A stretch of DNA of 16,133 nucleotides from a virus (Duplodnaviria; Heunggongvirae; Uroviricota; Caudoviricetes): IMG/VR virus record IMGVR_UViG_2526164667_000023. One strand, written 5' to 3'. Under the pieces are notes generated by a model. It saw only the letters and a program-made list of their open reading frames with translations, did no database searches and had not been told where the DNA came from. Positions 1 through 7,737 of this stretch are shown here, one piece after another. The position numbers and the translations under genes were made by a program. Each line of letters begins with the position of its first letter. Position 1 is the first letter of the stretch.

Positions 1-1284
1 TTACTTCTTCGCCTCTGCAACCACTTTACTACCCACGCCGCGGTTATTGTATTCCCACATGCGGTTGTAGTTAGTGTCATTCAGATTGCGCTGTATTTCG
101 TCGTTATCATCTACGCTGCCGGTATTACCCGCAAACGGACGATTAGAGATCACCGCATCGGCCCACGGTTTAGCCGTGTTAAAACCTTCGTTGATGGCGC
201 TATCACGGATCACCACCTGACCGTTGGTATTGGCATCAACATCCAGCGAGCGGCCCAGTTGCGCCACACCATCACCGAAAGCATTGAAACGGCTGTTTAC
301 GGCGAGGAAACCGTAGTAAATGTTGGACAGCGTAGCCGGTGCAAACACATACGCTTCTTGCTGAGTACGTGAGTTCACCACGCGGAATTCGGTGTTATCG
401 AACACCACTGCGCCGCGACCAGAAACGATATCCACATCCCCTTCAATGTAGCTGTTGGTCACCAGCGTACGCGGCTGACGATTCGTTTCCAGACGGTTCT
501 GCACACCGCTGTTGGTGACAAAGAAGGTGTTCTGACGACCGAGAATGTTAACGTTGTTAATCTGTACCTGGTCACCATCAGTACGCAGTGCCACCGCCGG
601 ATGGTTACCTGCATCTACGCTATCGCCCAGCGTGTTTTCGATGGTCAGATTTTGCAGTTGCAGGCCATTGTTTTGTGACCAGAAGACCGCAGAGCAGAGA
701 ACACCGATACTGTCGCTGCGTTTGCTCTGGCAGCTATCGTACATATACCACGCTGGTTTACCTGGCATATATTTGCCGCGCGGGTTGACGTCGTGACGCC
801 AGTCGGCAGGGCTCATGCCACCATCAAGGGAAAGCCCAATCTTCACATCAATCGGTTTTTCACCTGTACCGTACAGAGTAATTCCACCCGGAGCGGCAGG
901 GACATATACCGTTCCCTGATACTCACCAGGCATCACGGCAATATACTGGCGCTTGTTGGTACGCTTGATAATTGCCGCATCTACCGCCGCCTGAATCGTG
1001 GTATGCGTTACACCTTGAGTGCCCGCCGGGCCGACAACAAAGTCAGGTTGCGCAGGCAGGGTAATCGGGGAAGGATTCCACGCTGCTGCACCTGGTGTCA
1101 GGGATGCAAAATAGTGTTGAGCATCGAAATTCTGCGCTTCTTTTGCCGACAGAATCGGGCGAGAAGAGGTACCAGGCGCGGTTTGATCAGAAGGACGTTG
1201 ATCGGGCGGGGTTGAGCTACAGGCGGTCAGCGTCACGCCAAAAGCCAATGCCAGCGCCAGACGGGAAACTGAAAATGTGTTCAC
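1..1284 (-). CDS. ybhC: Host outer-membrane lipoprotein YbhC (pectinesterase-like / acyl-CoA thioesterase family), complete 427 aa
   Basis: Full-length ORF with lipoprotein signal (…LTAC SS), length and sequence recalled as E. coli YbhC; this gene flanks lambda attB in E. coli. TAA stop at 1-3. Confidence 0.88.
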   Translation of the reverse strand: MNTFSVSRLALALAFGVTLTACSSTPPDQRPSDQTAPGTSSRPILSAKEAQNFDAQHYFASLTPGAAAWNPSPITLPAQPDFVVGPAGTQGVTHTTIQAAVDAAIIKRTNKRQYIAVMPGEYQGTVYVPAAPGGITLYGTGEKPIDVKIGLSLDGGMSPADWRHDVNPRGKYMPGKPAWYMYDSCQSKRSDSIGVLCSAVFWSQNNGLQLQNLTIENTLGDSVDAGNHPAVALRTDGDQVQINNVNILGRQNTFFVTNSGVQNRLETNRQPRTLVTNSYIEGDVDIVSGRGAVVFDNTEFRVVNSRTQQEAYVFAPATLSNIYYGFLAVNSRFNAFGDGVAQLGRSLDVDANTNGQVVIRDSAINEGFNTAKPWADAVISNRPFAGNTGSVDDNDEIQRNLNDTNYNRMWEYNNRGVGSKVVAEAKK

Positions 1285-1330
1285 AGGTTGCTCCGGGCTA
1301 TGAAATAGAAAAATGAATCCGTTGAAGCCT

Positions 1331-1418
1331 GCTTTTTTATACTAAGTTGGCATTATAAAAAAGCATTGCTTATCAATTTGTTGCAACGAACAGGTCACTA
1401 TCAGTCAAAATAAAATCA
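1331..1418. other. Prophage attL: lambda 15-bp core GCTTTTTTATACTAA (1331-1345) followed by lambda attP P' arm
   Basis: Core and downstream sequence GTTGGCATTATAAAAAAGCATTGCTTATCAATTTGTTGCAACGAACAGGTCACTATCAGTCAAAATAAAATCATTATTTG match my recollection of lambda attP P' arm; immediately abuts the int 3' end; upstream flank ...GAAGCCT is the bacterial B arm. Confidence 0.85.
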
Positions 1419-2489
1419 TTATTTGATTTCAATTTTGTCCCACTCCCTGCCTCTGTCATCACGATACTGTGATGCCATGGTGTCCGACTTATGCCCGAGA
1501 AGATGTTGAGCAAACTTATCGCTTATCTGCTTCTCATAGAGTCTTGCAGACAAACTGCGCAACTCGTGAAAGGTCGGCGGATCCCCTTCGAAGGAAAGAC
1601 CTGATGCTTTTCGTGCGCGCATAAAATACCTTGATACTGTGCCGGATGAAAGCGGTTCACGATGAGTAGATGCAATTATGGTTTCTCCGCCAAGAATCTC
1701 TTTGCATTTATCAAGTGTTTCCTTCATTGATATCCCGAGAGCATCAACATGCAATGTTGTAGGGATGGCAATTTTTACGCCTGTTTTGCTTTGCTCGACA
1801 TAAAGATATCCATCTACGATATCAGACCACTTCATTTCGCATAAATCACCAACTCGCTGCCCGGTAACAACAGCCAGCTCCATTGCAAGTCTTAGCCAAC
1901 ATGGTGATGATTCTGCTGCTTGATAAATTTTCAGGTATTCGTCAGCCGTAAGTCTTGATCTCCTTACCTCTGATTTTGCTGCGCGAGTGGCAGCGACCGG
2001 GTTTGTTGTTATATGGCCTTCAGCTATTGCCTCTCGGAATGCATCGCTCAGTGTTGATCTGATTAACTTGGCTGACGCCGCCTTGCCCTCGTCTATGTAT
2101 CCACTGAGCATTGCCGCAATTTCTTTTGTGGTGATGTCTTCAAGTGGAGCATCAGGCAGCCCCCTCCTTATTGCTTTAATTTTGCTCATGTAATTTATGA
2201 GAGTCTTCTGCTTGATTCCTCTGCTGGCGAGGATTTTTTCGTAGCGATCAAGCCATGAATGTAACGTAACAGAATTATCACTGTTGATTCTCGCTGTCAG
2301 AGGCTTGTGTTTGTGTCCTGAAAATAACTCAATGTTGGCCTGTATTGCTTCAGTGATTGCTATCCTCCTGTCTCGGCCTAATCCAAACTCTTTACCCGTC
2401 CTTGGGTCCCTGTAGCAGTAATATCCATTGTTTCTTATATAAAGATTAGGGGGTAAATCCCGGCGCTCATGACTTCGCCTTCTTCCCAT
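1419..2489 (-). CDS. int: Tyrosine integrase, lambda Int type (356 aa)
   Basis: Protein begins MGRRRSHERRDLPPNLYIRNNGYYCYRDPRTGKEFGLGRDRR and ends ...REWDKIEIK, recalled as lambda Int; adjacent to attL; overlaps xis by 23 bp as in lambda. Confidence 0.95.
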   Translation of the reverse strand: MGRRRSHERRDLPPNLYIRNNGYYCYRDPRTGKEFGLGRDRRIAITEAIQANIELFSGHKHKPLTARINSDNSVTLHSWLDRYEKILASRGIKQKTLINYMSKIKAIRRGLPDAPLEDITTKEIAAMLSGYIDEGKAASAKLIRSTLSDAFREAIAEGHITTNPVAATRAAKSEVRRSRLTADEYLKIYQAAESSPCWLRLAMELAVVTGQRVGDLCEMKWSDIVDGYLYVEQSKTGVKIAIPTTLHVDALGISMKETLDKCKEILGGETIIASTHREPLSSGTVSRYFMRARKASGLSFEGDPPTFHELRSLSARLYEKQISDKFAQHLLGHKSDTMASQYRDDRGREWDKIEIK

Positions 2490-2685
2490 TTCTGATCCTC
2501 TTCAAAAGGCTACCTGTTACTGGTCGATTTAAGTCAACCTTTACCGCTGATTCGTGGAACAGATACTCTCTTCCATCCTTAACCGGAGGAGGGAATATCC
2601 TGCATTCGCGCACCCATCGACGAACTGTTTCAAGGCTTCTTGGGCGTCGCTGGCGTGCATTCCACTCCTGAAGTGTCAAGTACAT
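2467..2685 (-). CDS. xis: Excisionase, lambda Xis type (72 aa)
   Basis: MYLTLQEWNARQRRPRSLETVRRWVRECRIFPPPVKDGREYLFHESAVKVDLNRP... recalled as lambda Xis; position upstream of and overlapping int. Confidence 0.95.
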   Translation of the reverse strand: MYLTLQEWNARQRRPRSLETVRRWVRECRIFPPPVKDGREYLFHESAVKVDLNRPVTGSLLKRIRNGKKAKS

Positions 2686-2791
2686 CGCAAAGTCTCCGCA
2701 ATTACACGCAAGAAAAGCCGCATTGATGCGGCGATGGTAGGTCTGGATATCATTGAGCCATGAACAGGCCTCATCGAGTGTGAGGCTGTGG

Positions 2792-3136
2792 TTAGTCCTT
2801 TCGTAACTCGCTGATTCTCCTGTAAGTCTCTGGTGCTTTGTTTCCGTGTATCTTCATTTCAGACTTCAACAGAGCAACGAGGGAATCCCATTCGTTGAGG
2901 ATGCCTTTGAATGCCGGAACGCGCTTTGCAACCTTGTCGAATGAATCTCTGATTTCTGGAATCTTCTCAACAAGTGCAACGCATCGTCGGAAGTCTGCTG
3001 CGTCATGGGGAGCGCCGAAGTGATGACCATAGATATTCTTTTTCAGGCCACATGCGATTGAGGCAAGAGTTGCGCTACTGATGCCAACATCGCCAGTCGA
3101 TTGCCATTTCAAAACCTTCATAGACAAATCTGACAT
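2792..3136 (-). CDS. Hypothetical early-left protein (114 aa)
   Basis: Track ORF; GGAG about 7 nt upstream of ATG at 3136; same orientation as the operon. No family recognised with confidence. Confidence 0.7.
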   Translation of the reverse strand: MSDLSMKVLKWQSTGDVGISSATLASIACGLKKNIYGHHFGAPHDAADFRRCVALVEKIPEIRDSFDKVAKRVPAFKGILNEWDSLVALLKSEMKIHGNKAPETYRRISELRKD

Positions 3137-3164
3137 TTCTTGTCTCCAATAAAAAAAACCTCCA

Positions 3165-3332
3165 TCAGGCGGCTTGGTGTTCTTTCAGTTCTTCAATTCG
3201 AATATTGGTTACGTCTGCATGTGCTATCTGCGCCCATATCATCCAGTGGTCATAGCAGTCATTGATGTTCTCTGCTTCGATAACTCTGTTGAATGGTTCT
3301 CCATTCCATTCACCTGTGACTCGGAAGTGCAT
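3165..3332 (-). CDS. Small hypothetical protein (55 aa, MHFRVTGEWNGEPFNRVIEAENINDCYDHWMIWAQIAHADVTNIRIEELKEHQAA)
   Basis: Below track cutoff; found by manual translation; GGAG 7-8 nt upstream of ATG; fills the gap between the 114-aa gene and the ASCH-like gene. Confidence 0.4.
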   Translation of the reverse strand: MHFRVTGEWNGEPFNRVIEAENINDCYDHWMIWAQIAHADVTNIRIEELKEHQAA

Positions 3333-3404
3333 TTATCATCTCCATAAAACAAAATCCGCCGTAGCGAGTTCAGATAAAAGAAATCCCCGCGAGTGCGAGG
3401 ATTG

Positions 3405-3689
3405 TTATTCATTGCCGATATTCACCTTTATCGCGAACACCTTTACCGGTTTATCACCGAAGTGCGGATGTGTGATTGTCTTGATTTCATATCCGTCATA
3501 CGGAACATCAATTCTGCGGCTGGAATCGTCGCGCTTCGGATATCCCTTTGTGATAATCAGGCGGTCATACTCCCGGAACATAATTCGCTTATTCCAATAG
3601 TCATTACACAGGCGATACTCTTCCGTTTTCTCTCCTCGAATCATGGCATCGAAGTATTCACCTTTGACGGCAAGTTGTAGGTTAGCCAC
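3405..3689 (-). CDS. Small beta-barrel protein, ASCH/PUA-like (DUF3850-like), 94 aa
   Basis: Track ORF; N-terminal MANLQLAVKGEYFDAMIRGEKTEEYR resembles ASCH-type phage proteins as I recall them; family assignment tentative. Confidence 0.7.
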   Translation of the reverse strand: MANLQLAVKGEYFDAMIRGEKTEEYRLCNDYWNKRIMFREYDRLIITKGYPKRDDSSRRIDVPYDGYEIKTITHPHFGDKPVKVFAIKVNIGNE

Positions 3690-3984
3690 GGTTAACCTCC
3701 TGCGGAGTAGCCTTTACAAGCACTGGTGCAAATCCATCTTCATTAAGGTTATGAATATAGACTTCTGTTCTCCTGCGCTCTTCAACGTTTAATATTGTTT
3801 CTGGATCATAAACCCATACTTTCATTCGACTATTCCATGAAGAAATCGCTTCAGATCTAGTTCGTTTTTCTGGTCCTTGGGCACCACATTTGCATGACAC
3901 ATAGCGCATTTTCCCTCTGATACTGAATGAGTATCCGATGTTAAGCACAGTGGAACCACAGAATGGGCAGCGATATAGATTCAT
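3682..3984 (-). CDS. Lar-family restriction-alleviation protein with C-terminal extension (100 aa)
   Basis: Motifs CPFCGS ... CKCGAQGP ... EAISSWNSR match the Lar (Rac prophage RalR/Lar) zinc-ribbon signature; ATGA start/stop overlap with upstream gene. Confidence 0.8.
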   Translation of the reverse strand: MNLYRCPFCGSTVLNIGYSFSIRGKMRYVSCKCGAQGPEKRTRSEAISSWNSRMKVWVYDPETILNVEERRRTEVYIHNLNEDGFAPVLVKATPQEVNRG

Positions 3985-4598
3985 AAATCATCCACCTTAG
4001 GCGCAGCTGAGACAGCAACATTCCAGAACTCAGAAAACATATTGTATGCACCAGATAGATTGGAAGTAGCATACCCTCCAAGCTCACTTCTAATCTGAAC
4101 GGCTCTCATCATTTCCGGGGTTAACTCCTTCGGCACCATAACCCAACCATCCGGAGTTACCGGAGAGTTGCCACCGGGAATATTTTCCGGAATATTTTGT
4201 TGTGCGTTTTGTGGTTGTTCTGATTTACCCTGAAGCATGGCGGCGCGGCAGGCGTTCCAGCCAGCTGTTCGCCCAAGCGCGTAAACTTCAGATGGATCAA
4301 GATAATCAATGTCATGCCCGTCCTCATCGTCGTTCTCAGGTAATGCAGCAGGTACTACCGGTACTGGCGGAGCGGCGTAGACCTCAATAATTCCATTATC
4401 AATAGGCCATTCTCCATCCTTGAGGTAGTCACTTGTGCCGTCAACTTGCTGTTCTGCAATGTGGAATGCACCTATTGGTTTTGCTTCCAGCGATGCCAGA
4501 GCAATCCGTGCCAGTTCCATTTGTTCGCCACTAGTAAGTCCGTTATCAAGCGGGGATTTAATGAACAATTCGATACGTTCTTTAGTGATAGTGCTCAT
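3981..4598 (-). CDS. Hypothetical protein (205 aa from MSTITKERIELF...)
   Basis: Track ORF 3981-4697 overlaps the upstream gene; internal ATG at 4598 lies 1 nt after the upstream TGA with GGAG 8 nt upstream (AAAGGAGAGTGATATG), so 4598 is the likely start. Confidence 0.7.
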   Translation of the reverse strand: MSTITKERIELFIKSPLDNGLTSGEQMELARIALASLEAKPIGAFHIAEQQVDGTSDYLKDGEWPIDNGIIEVYAAPPVPVVPAALPENDDEDGHDIDYLDPSEVYALGRTAGWNACRAAMLQGKSEQPQNAQQNIPENIPGGNSPVTPDGWVMVPKELTPEMMRAVQIRSELGGYATSNLSGAYNMFSEFWNVAVSAAPKVDDL

Positions 4599-4599
4599 A

Positions 4600-5157
4600 T
4601 CACTCTCCTTTGATGCGAATGCCAGCTGCGCTTGCTGATTCTTCATATGCGCGTTTAGCAGCGTTAAGGATTGCTGCCAGTGGCGTATAGCCGCCATCCA
4701 TTCGGATTGTGTTGTGGATGCCAGCCATTGTGTCGCGCAATTTGCTGTGGCTAGCAGACAGTTCTGCTATGCACTTCTCTGCGGCATCGGCTCGATCTTT
4801 TTCACGCTGGAACATTTTGTGAGTGCGGTCTATAGCTTCGATTCGTGCCGCTGATGTCTTCTGCACGGCTTCAAGCTCAACACGCAGCTTCCCAACCGTA
4901 AGAGCAATATCCTCGTTCTTCTGGTCGCGGCGTTTGATGTATTGCTGGTTTCTTTCCCGTTCATCCAGTAGTGCCAGCACGGTTTCTGGCCCGGTCAGAA
5001 ATTTGAAGGCGTTGAGCGCATCAATATCCACACCGTAATCCTTAAGTTCCTGTTCAGTTAACAAATCATCATCAACTGGCAACATTAACAGGCGTTCCAT
5101 TGCCGGAATTGCACGCTCTGCCGCCTCACGCAGTGCCTGATAGTCAATCTTGCTCAT
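4600..5157 (-). CDS. Ea22-like protein (185 aa)
   Basis: N-terminus [14 protein letters not shown]..., internal LLDERERNQQYIKRRDQKNEDIALTVGKLRVELE and C-terminus AGIRIKGE match my recollection of lambda Ea22 / Ead-Ea22-like family. Confidence 0.8.
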   Translation of the reverse strand: MSKIDYQALREAAERAIPAMERLLMLPVDDDLLTEQELKDYGVDIDALNAFKFLTGPETVLALLDERERNQQYIKRRDQKNEDIALTVGKLRVELEAVQKTSAARIEAIDRTHKMFQREKDRADAAEKCIAELSASHSKLRDTMAGIHNTIRMDGGYTPLAAILNAAKRAYEESASAAGIRIKGE

Positions 5158-5711
5158 TGGATGACTCCTTTACGAAGCTGTTCGGCGATATCTTCGAGAA
5201 CGCCATCAGAGAATGAACGGTCAAAATCGCCTTCCGGCGCATTGGCCATAAACTCAGTAGAGGTAAGAATCATCCGGGCAATATCAGCGGCGTTCTTCGC
5301 AGTATCATCAATAAAACCAGCTTCCCAGGCAGCCAGCATTCTGTTCGCCACAAAGTAAGCGCCCTCCTTGCGTGCTTCAGTCTTCACTTCAGCCAGAAAA
5401 GCATCGGTGGCTGGGGTTTCAGTAATATCATCTTCCCATTCGCTAAACTCCTCACGACAAAAGTCATTAAATTCCTTCTCAGATTGCTTAAGCGAGGAAT
5501 TTTCAGCAGCCATCTTCGCGCATTTAGCCTCAAGGTTATCAATCGTGATTCCAGCAGAACGACACTCCCGCAACGCCGTTTCTAGTTTTGATTCAAGTTC
5601 ACCGAACTTACGGACAAGATATTCATCGTTTGTTTCGTCAACCTTTAAATCACTTGGGATGCATTTACCTTTCAGAAAACCATCCATCTCAATTAGTGTC
5701 ATTTGTTTCAT
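5154..5711 (-). CDS. Hypothetical acidic coiled-coil protein (about 185 aa)
   Basis: Track ORF starts at GTG 5729; ATG at 5711 overlaps the upstream stop as ATGA and is preferred. Start uncertain. Confidence 0.65.
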   Translation of the reverse strand: MKQMTLIEMDGFLKGKCIPSDLKVDETNDEYLVRKFGELESKLETALRECRSAGITIDNLEAKCAKMAAENSSLKQSEKEFNDFCREEFSEWEDDITETPATDAFLAEVKTEARKEGAYFVANRMLAAWEAGFIDDTAKNAADIARMILTSTEFMANAPEGDFDRSFSDGVLEDIAEQLRKGVIQ

Positions 5712-5872
5712 TTCTTCCCACTCCGCCACATCGCATTCAGATATTTGTTGTCATTAACAGAACCGAAACTCTTTCTCTTAAGCAATTCCTCTCTCGATGG
5801 CATTGGCTTTGCGCGTTGGCGAATAATCATTTCTGCCGGAAGAATGCCGGGATTGTATGCAAGTCCTCTCAT
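5708..5872 (-). CDS. Small hypothetical protein (54 aa, [15 protein letters not shown]...)
   Basis: Track ORF 5708-6022 overlaps the upstream gene; the internal ATG is preceded by TGAGGAATTTACC, i.e. upstream stop, GAGGAA Shine-Dalgarno, 6-nt spacer, ATG. Exact start uncertain. Confidence 0.4.
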   Translation of the reverse strand: MRGLAYNPGILPAEMIIRQRAKPMPSREELLKRKSFGSVNDNKYLNAMWRSGKK

Positions 5873-5882
5873 GGTAAATTCC

Positions 5883-6176
5883 TCAGTCATTACTGATAGC
5901 GCCATAGCGTGAGCGGTAATTACGCAGGCGCGGGTCAATTTCAGGGAAGTGGGTATATGTGGCTTTGCGGAATGGTCGGATTGATGTCTGGTAAATTCGC
6001 TCGCGTTCTTCTTTCTCTGCAAGCCATATACAATGGCGAAATTCCTTTTCCTCTTTCGTTTCCTGCGGTAGCGACATTATCCGATCGTAGTTTTTTCTGA
6101 ATTTATCCAGCACCTCCGATACGGAATTGCCGGAACAGCGGCGCGCGTCATCCGCACCATACAGAGGCGCTGGCAT
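5883..6176 (-). CDS. Hypothetical protein (97 aa)
   Basis: Track ORF in operon orientation; no family recognised. Confidence 0.65.
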   Translation of the reverse strand: MPAPLYGADDARRCSGNSVSEVLDKFRKNYDRIMSLPQETKEEKEFRHCIWLAEKEERERIYQTSIRPFRKATYTHFPEIDPRLRNYRSRYGAISND

Positions 6177-6199
6177 AATTAAATCCTTATTTTTCTAAA

Positions 6200-6583
6200 T
6201 CAGAATGGGATGGAATCGTCGTATACAGGAGTGTTCTGCTGGTTACTACTTTGCTGCTGCGGGCCATTTCCTGAAGCTGCAAATCCAATCTTTGCATTCA
6301 GTAATTCAAGAGTGATTGATTGACCATTTTGCCCCTGATAAACATCAACCCTGATGTTTTCTCCGGTAATTTCCACAATGCCACCTTCAACAAGAACACT
6401 ACGGTAGTAATCCGCTTGCGCTCCCGGCTTGGCAAATACAACGGCGCTGTAGTTTGTCCATTCTTTCTTTTTTGTCTGGCGATCGTAATACTGAACGCCA
6501 GCACGGATGTTGAATCCGATATTTTCCCCGGTCTGAAACTCTCTTGCGGGCTTGTTTAGTCTTACAGTAATCGAATGTGCCAT
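6200..6583 (-). CDS. ssb: Short phage single-stranded DNA-binding protein (127 aa) with acidic C-terminal tail ...PVYDDSIPF
   Basis: C-terminal D-D-x-I-P-F tail typical of bacterial/phage SSBs; start MAHSITV at ATG 6583 overlaps the erf stop as TAATG; the track's longer 157-aa form would overlap erf. Confidence 0.8.
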   Translation of the reverse strand: MAHSITVRLNKPAREFQTGENIGFNIRAGVQYYDRQTKKKEWTNYSAVVFAKPGAQADYYRSVLVEGGIVEITGENIRVDVYQGQNGQSITLELLNAKIGFAASGNGPQQQSSNQQNTPVYDDSIPF

Positions 6584-7188
6584 TAAGCAGCAGCTCCTTC
6601 TAATTCGTCTCGTCTGATGTTGTAAACGTCCTGCGCTTTGTGCTGCTCCGGTGTACCTTCGAGCATCTTCCACGCTTTGGCGAACGCCTGTTTAAGCTCT
6701 TCTACGGTGTTTTTCTGCATTGCTGCGTCAGTGAATGCTTTTAGAACCTGTTCAGGTGTAGGTGATGGTTTTGATTGCTTTGCTGCTGCGTTCTGCTGAT
6801 GTTTATGCTCGTCGGTATCTGCATCTTTCGCATCATCAATGCCGAATAAACCATTGAGGCAATACTTGCGTGCATAAGAGCTTGTAGCTCCCGTAACTTG
6901 TGCAGAATCCATTCCTTTCTTGCTTTCTTCCTCTCGTGCAAGAGCGGTTGCCGTATGACTGTTTTCGCCATCGGTAATAGTTGCCGTGGCTTTCACATAA
7001 TACCGATCACCAATCAACACAACTTCATCGCTGATTGATAAAAACAGGCCATTCAGTAACGGCTTAACGCCTTCAAGAATATCTTCGCAGCTTCTGTATT
7101 TATATTTGCCGAATGAGTTGTACTGATTCTTTGGCGCGTTCAGATTCTCCTGAATAGCTGCCAGTCTTGCGTAAAATTCTTTGCTCAT
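6583..7188 (-). CDS. erf: Erf-family single-strand annealing recombinase (P22 Erf-like, 201 aa)
   Basis: MSKEFYARLAAIQENLNAPKNQYNSFGKYKYRSCEDILEGVKPLL... matches my recollection of P22 Erf; track start 7218 is a TTG, and ATG 7188 gives the canonical N-terminus. Confidence 0.85.
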   Translation of the reverse strand: MSKEFYARLAAIQENLNAPKNQYNSFGKYKYRSCEDILEGVKPLLNGLFLSISDEVVLIGDRYYVKATATITDGENSHTATALAREEESKKGMDSAQVTGATSSYARKYCLNGLFGIDDAKDADTDEHKHQQNAAAKQSKPSPTPEQVLKAFTDAAMQKNTVEELKQAFAKAWKMLEGTPEQHKAQDVYNIRRDELEGAAA

Positions 7189-7198
7189 ATGATTGTTC

Positions 7199-7369
7199 TC
7201 AGAATGGACACGGCCCAAGGAAATAACGCTGATTTAATACTTCGACTCGGGACAAATTAAGGCATACCCGCATTCCTTCGCGGTCACCATTATGGCGATA
7301 CCAGAGAGCTTTCTGCGTGTACATGCGCCTCTGTAACTTGCTCTCCTTCACTGTGGTTGCAAGTGACAT
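7199..7369 (-). CDS. Possible small basic protein (56 aa, MSLATTVKESKLQRRMYTQKALWYRHNGDREGMRVCLNLSRVEVLNQRYFLGPCPF)
   Basis: GAAGGAG 7 nt upstream of ATG; stop lies 8 nt before erf ATG; but overlaps the 7290-7448 ORF by about 80 nt in another frame, so one of the two may be spurious. Confidence 0.3.
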   Translation of the reverse strand: MSLATTVKESKLQRRMYTQKALWYRHNGDREGMRVCLNLSRVEVLNQRYFLGPCPF

Positions 7370-7448
7370 GAATATCTCCTTCGTTACCGATTAATTCTTT
7401 CATCTGACGAATGAATTCTTCGTCTGACCAGTTATCTGTAAAACTCAT
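7290..7448 (-). CDS. Small acidic protein (52 aa, MSFTDNWSDEEFIRQMKELIGNEGDIHVTCNHSEGEQVTEAHVHAESSLVSP)
   Basis: ATG overlaps stop of the Kil-like gene as ATGA; occupies the position of P22 arf between kil and erf. Confidence 0.4.
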   Translation of the reverse strand: MSFTDNWSDEEFIRQMKELIGNEGDIHVTCNHSEGEQVTEAHVHAESSLVSP

Positions 7449-7597
7449 TTCCTGCGATAACACGGAAGGTTGATAGCTGATTTCATCGCTTTATTTGCTT
7501 CAAGCCACATTTTTGAATCACCAATAAATCGGGCTATTACTGCCTTGTTCTGTGCAGCACGAAGCATCTGGTGATTGATGGCTATTTCATTGCGCAT
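7445..7597 (-). CDS. kil: Kil-like peptide (50 aa, MRNEIAINHQMLRAAQNKAVIARFIGDSKMWLEANKAMKSAINLPCYRRK)
   Basis: IARFIGDSKMWLEA resembles the lambda Kil core as I recall it; GAGG 8 nt upstream; positioned between cIII-like and recombination genes as in lambda and P22. Confidence 0.5.
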   Translation of the reverse strand: MRNEIAINHQMLRAAQNKAVIARFIGDSKMWLEANKAMKSAINLPCYRRK

Positions 7598-7713
7598 AAT
7601 AAGACCTCAACTCTTTTCCATCCGTCACGTAATTTACGGGTGATTCGTTCAAGTAAAGATTCATTTAATTGGAAGGCACCCATGCGAGCGCCTCCCGCGA
7701 TTGCGTAAATCAT
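7582..7713 (-). CDS. cIII: CIII-like FtsH-inhibitor peptide (43 aa, MIYAIAGGARMGAFQLNESLLERITRKLRDGWKRVEVLLCAMK)
   Basis: ESLLERITRKLRDGWKR is the conserved amphipathic core of lambda CIII; AAGGAA 7 nt upstream of ATG. Not on ORF track (under 60 aa). Confidence 0.75.
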   Translation of the reverse strand: MIYAIAGGARMGAFQLNESLLERITRKLRDGWKRVEVLLCAMK

Positions 7714-7737
7714 GGGGGGTTCCTTATGTTGGTTTTA

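Noticed and set aside
545-1316. Plus-strand ORFs (83, 66, 140, 73 aa) inside ybhC
   Set aside because: They lie antisense to a well-supported host gene and have odd Arg/Cys-rich composition; treated as frame artefacts.
1987-2763. Plus-strand ORFs (68 aa, 69 aa) overlapping int and xis
   Set aside because: Antisense to the recognised lambda int/xis genes; no ribosome site noted.
3262-3680. Plus-strand ORFs (112 aa, 95 aa) opposite the ASCH-like gene region
   Set aside because: Antisense to minus-strand genes with good ribosome sites; protein-unlike composition.
3981-4697. Long 238-aa form of the 3981 ORF
   Set aside because: Would overlap the Ea22-like gene by about 100 nt; an internal ATG at 4598 sits 1 nt after the upstream stop with a GGAG site, so the shorter form is preferred.
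5708-6022. Long 104-aa form of the 5708 ORF
   Set aside because: Overlaps the 97-aa upstream gene by about 140 nt; internal start after a GAGGAA site is preferred, and even that is low confidence.
6200-6673. Long 157-aa form of the SSB ORF, and the TTG start of erf at 7218
   Set aside because: Upstream extensions in the track; canonical N-termini (MAHSITV for SSB, MSKEFYARL for Erf) begin at internal ATGs with operon-consistent spacing.
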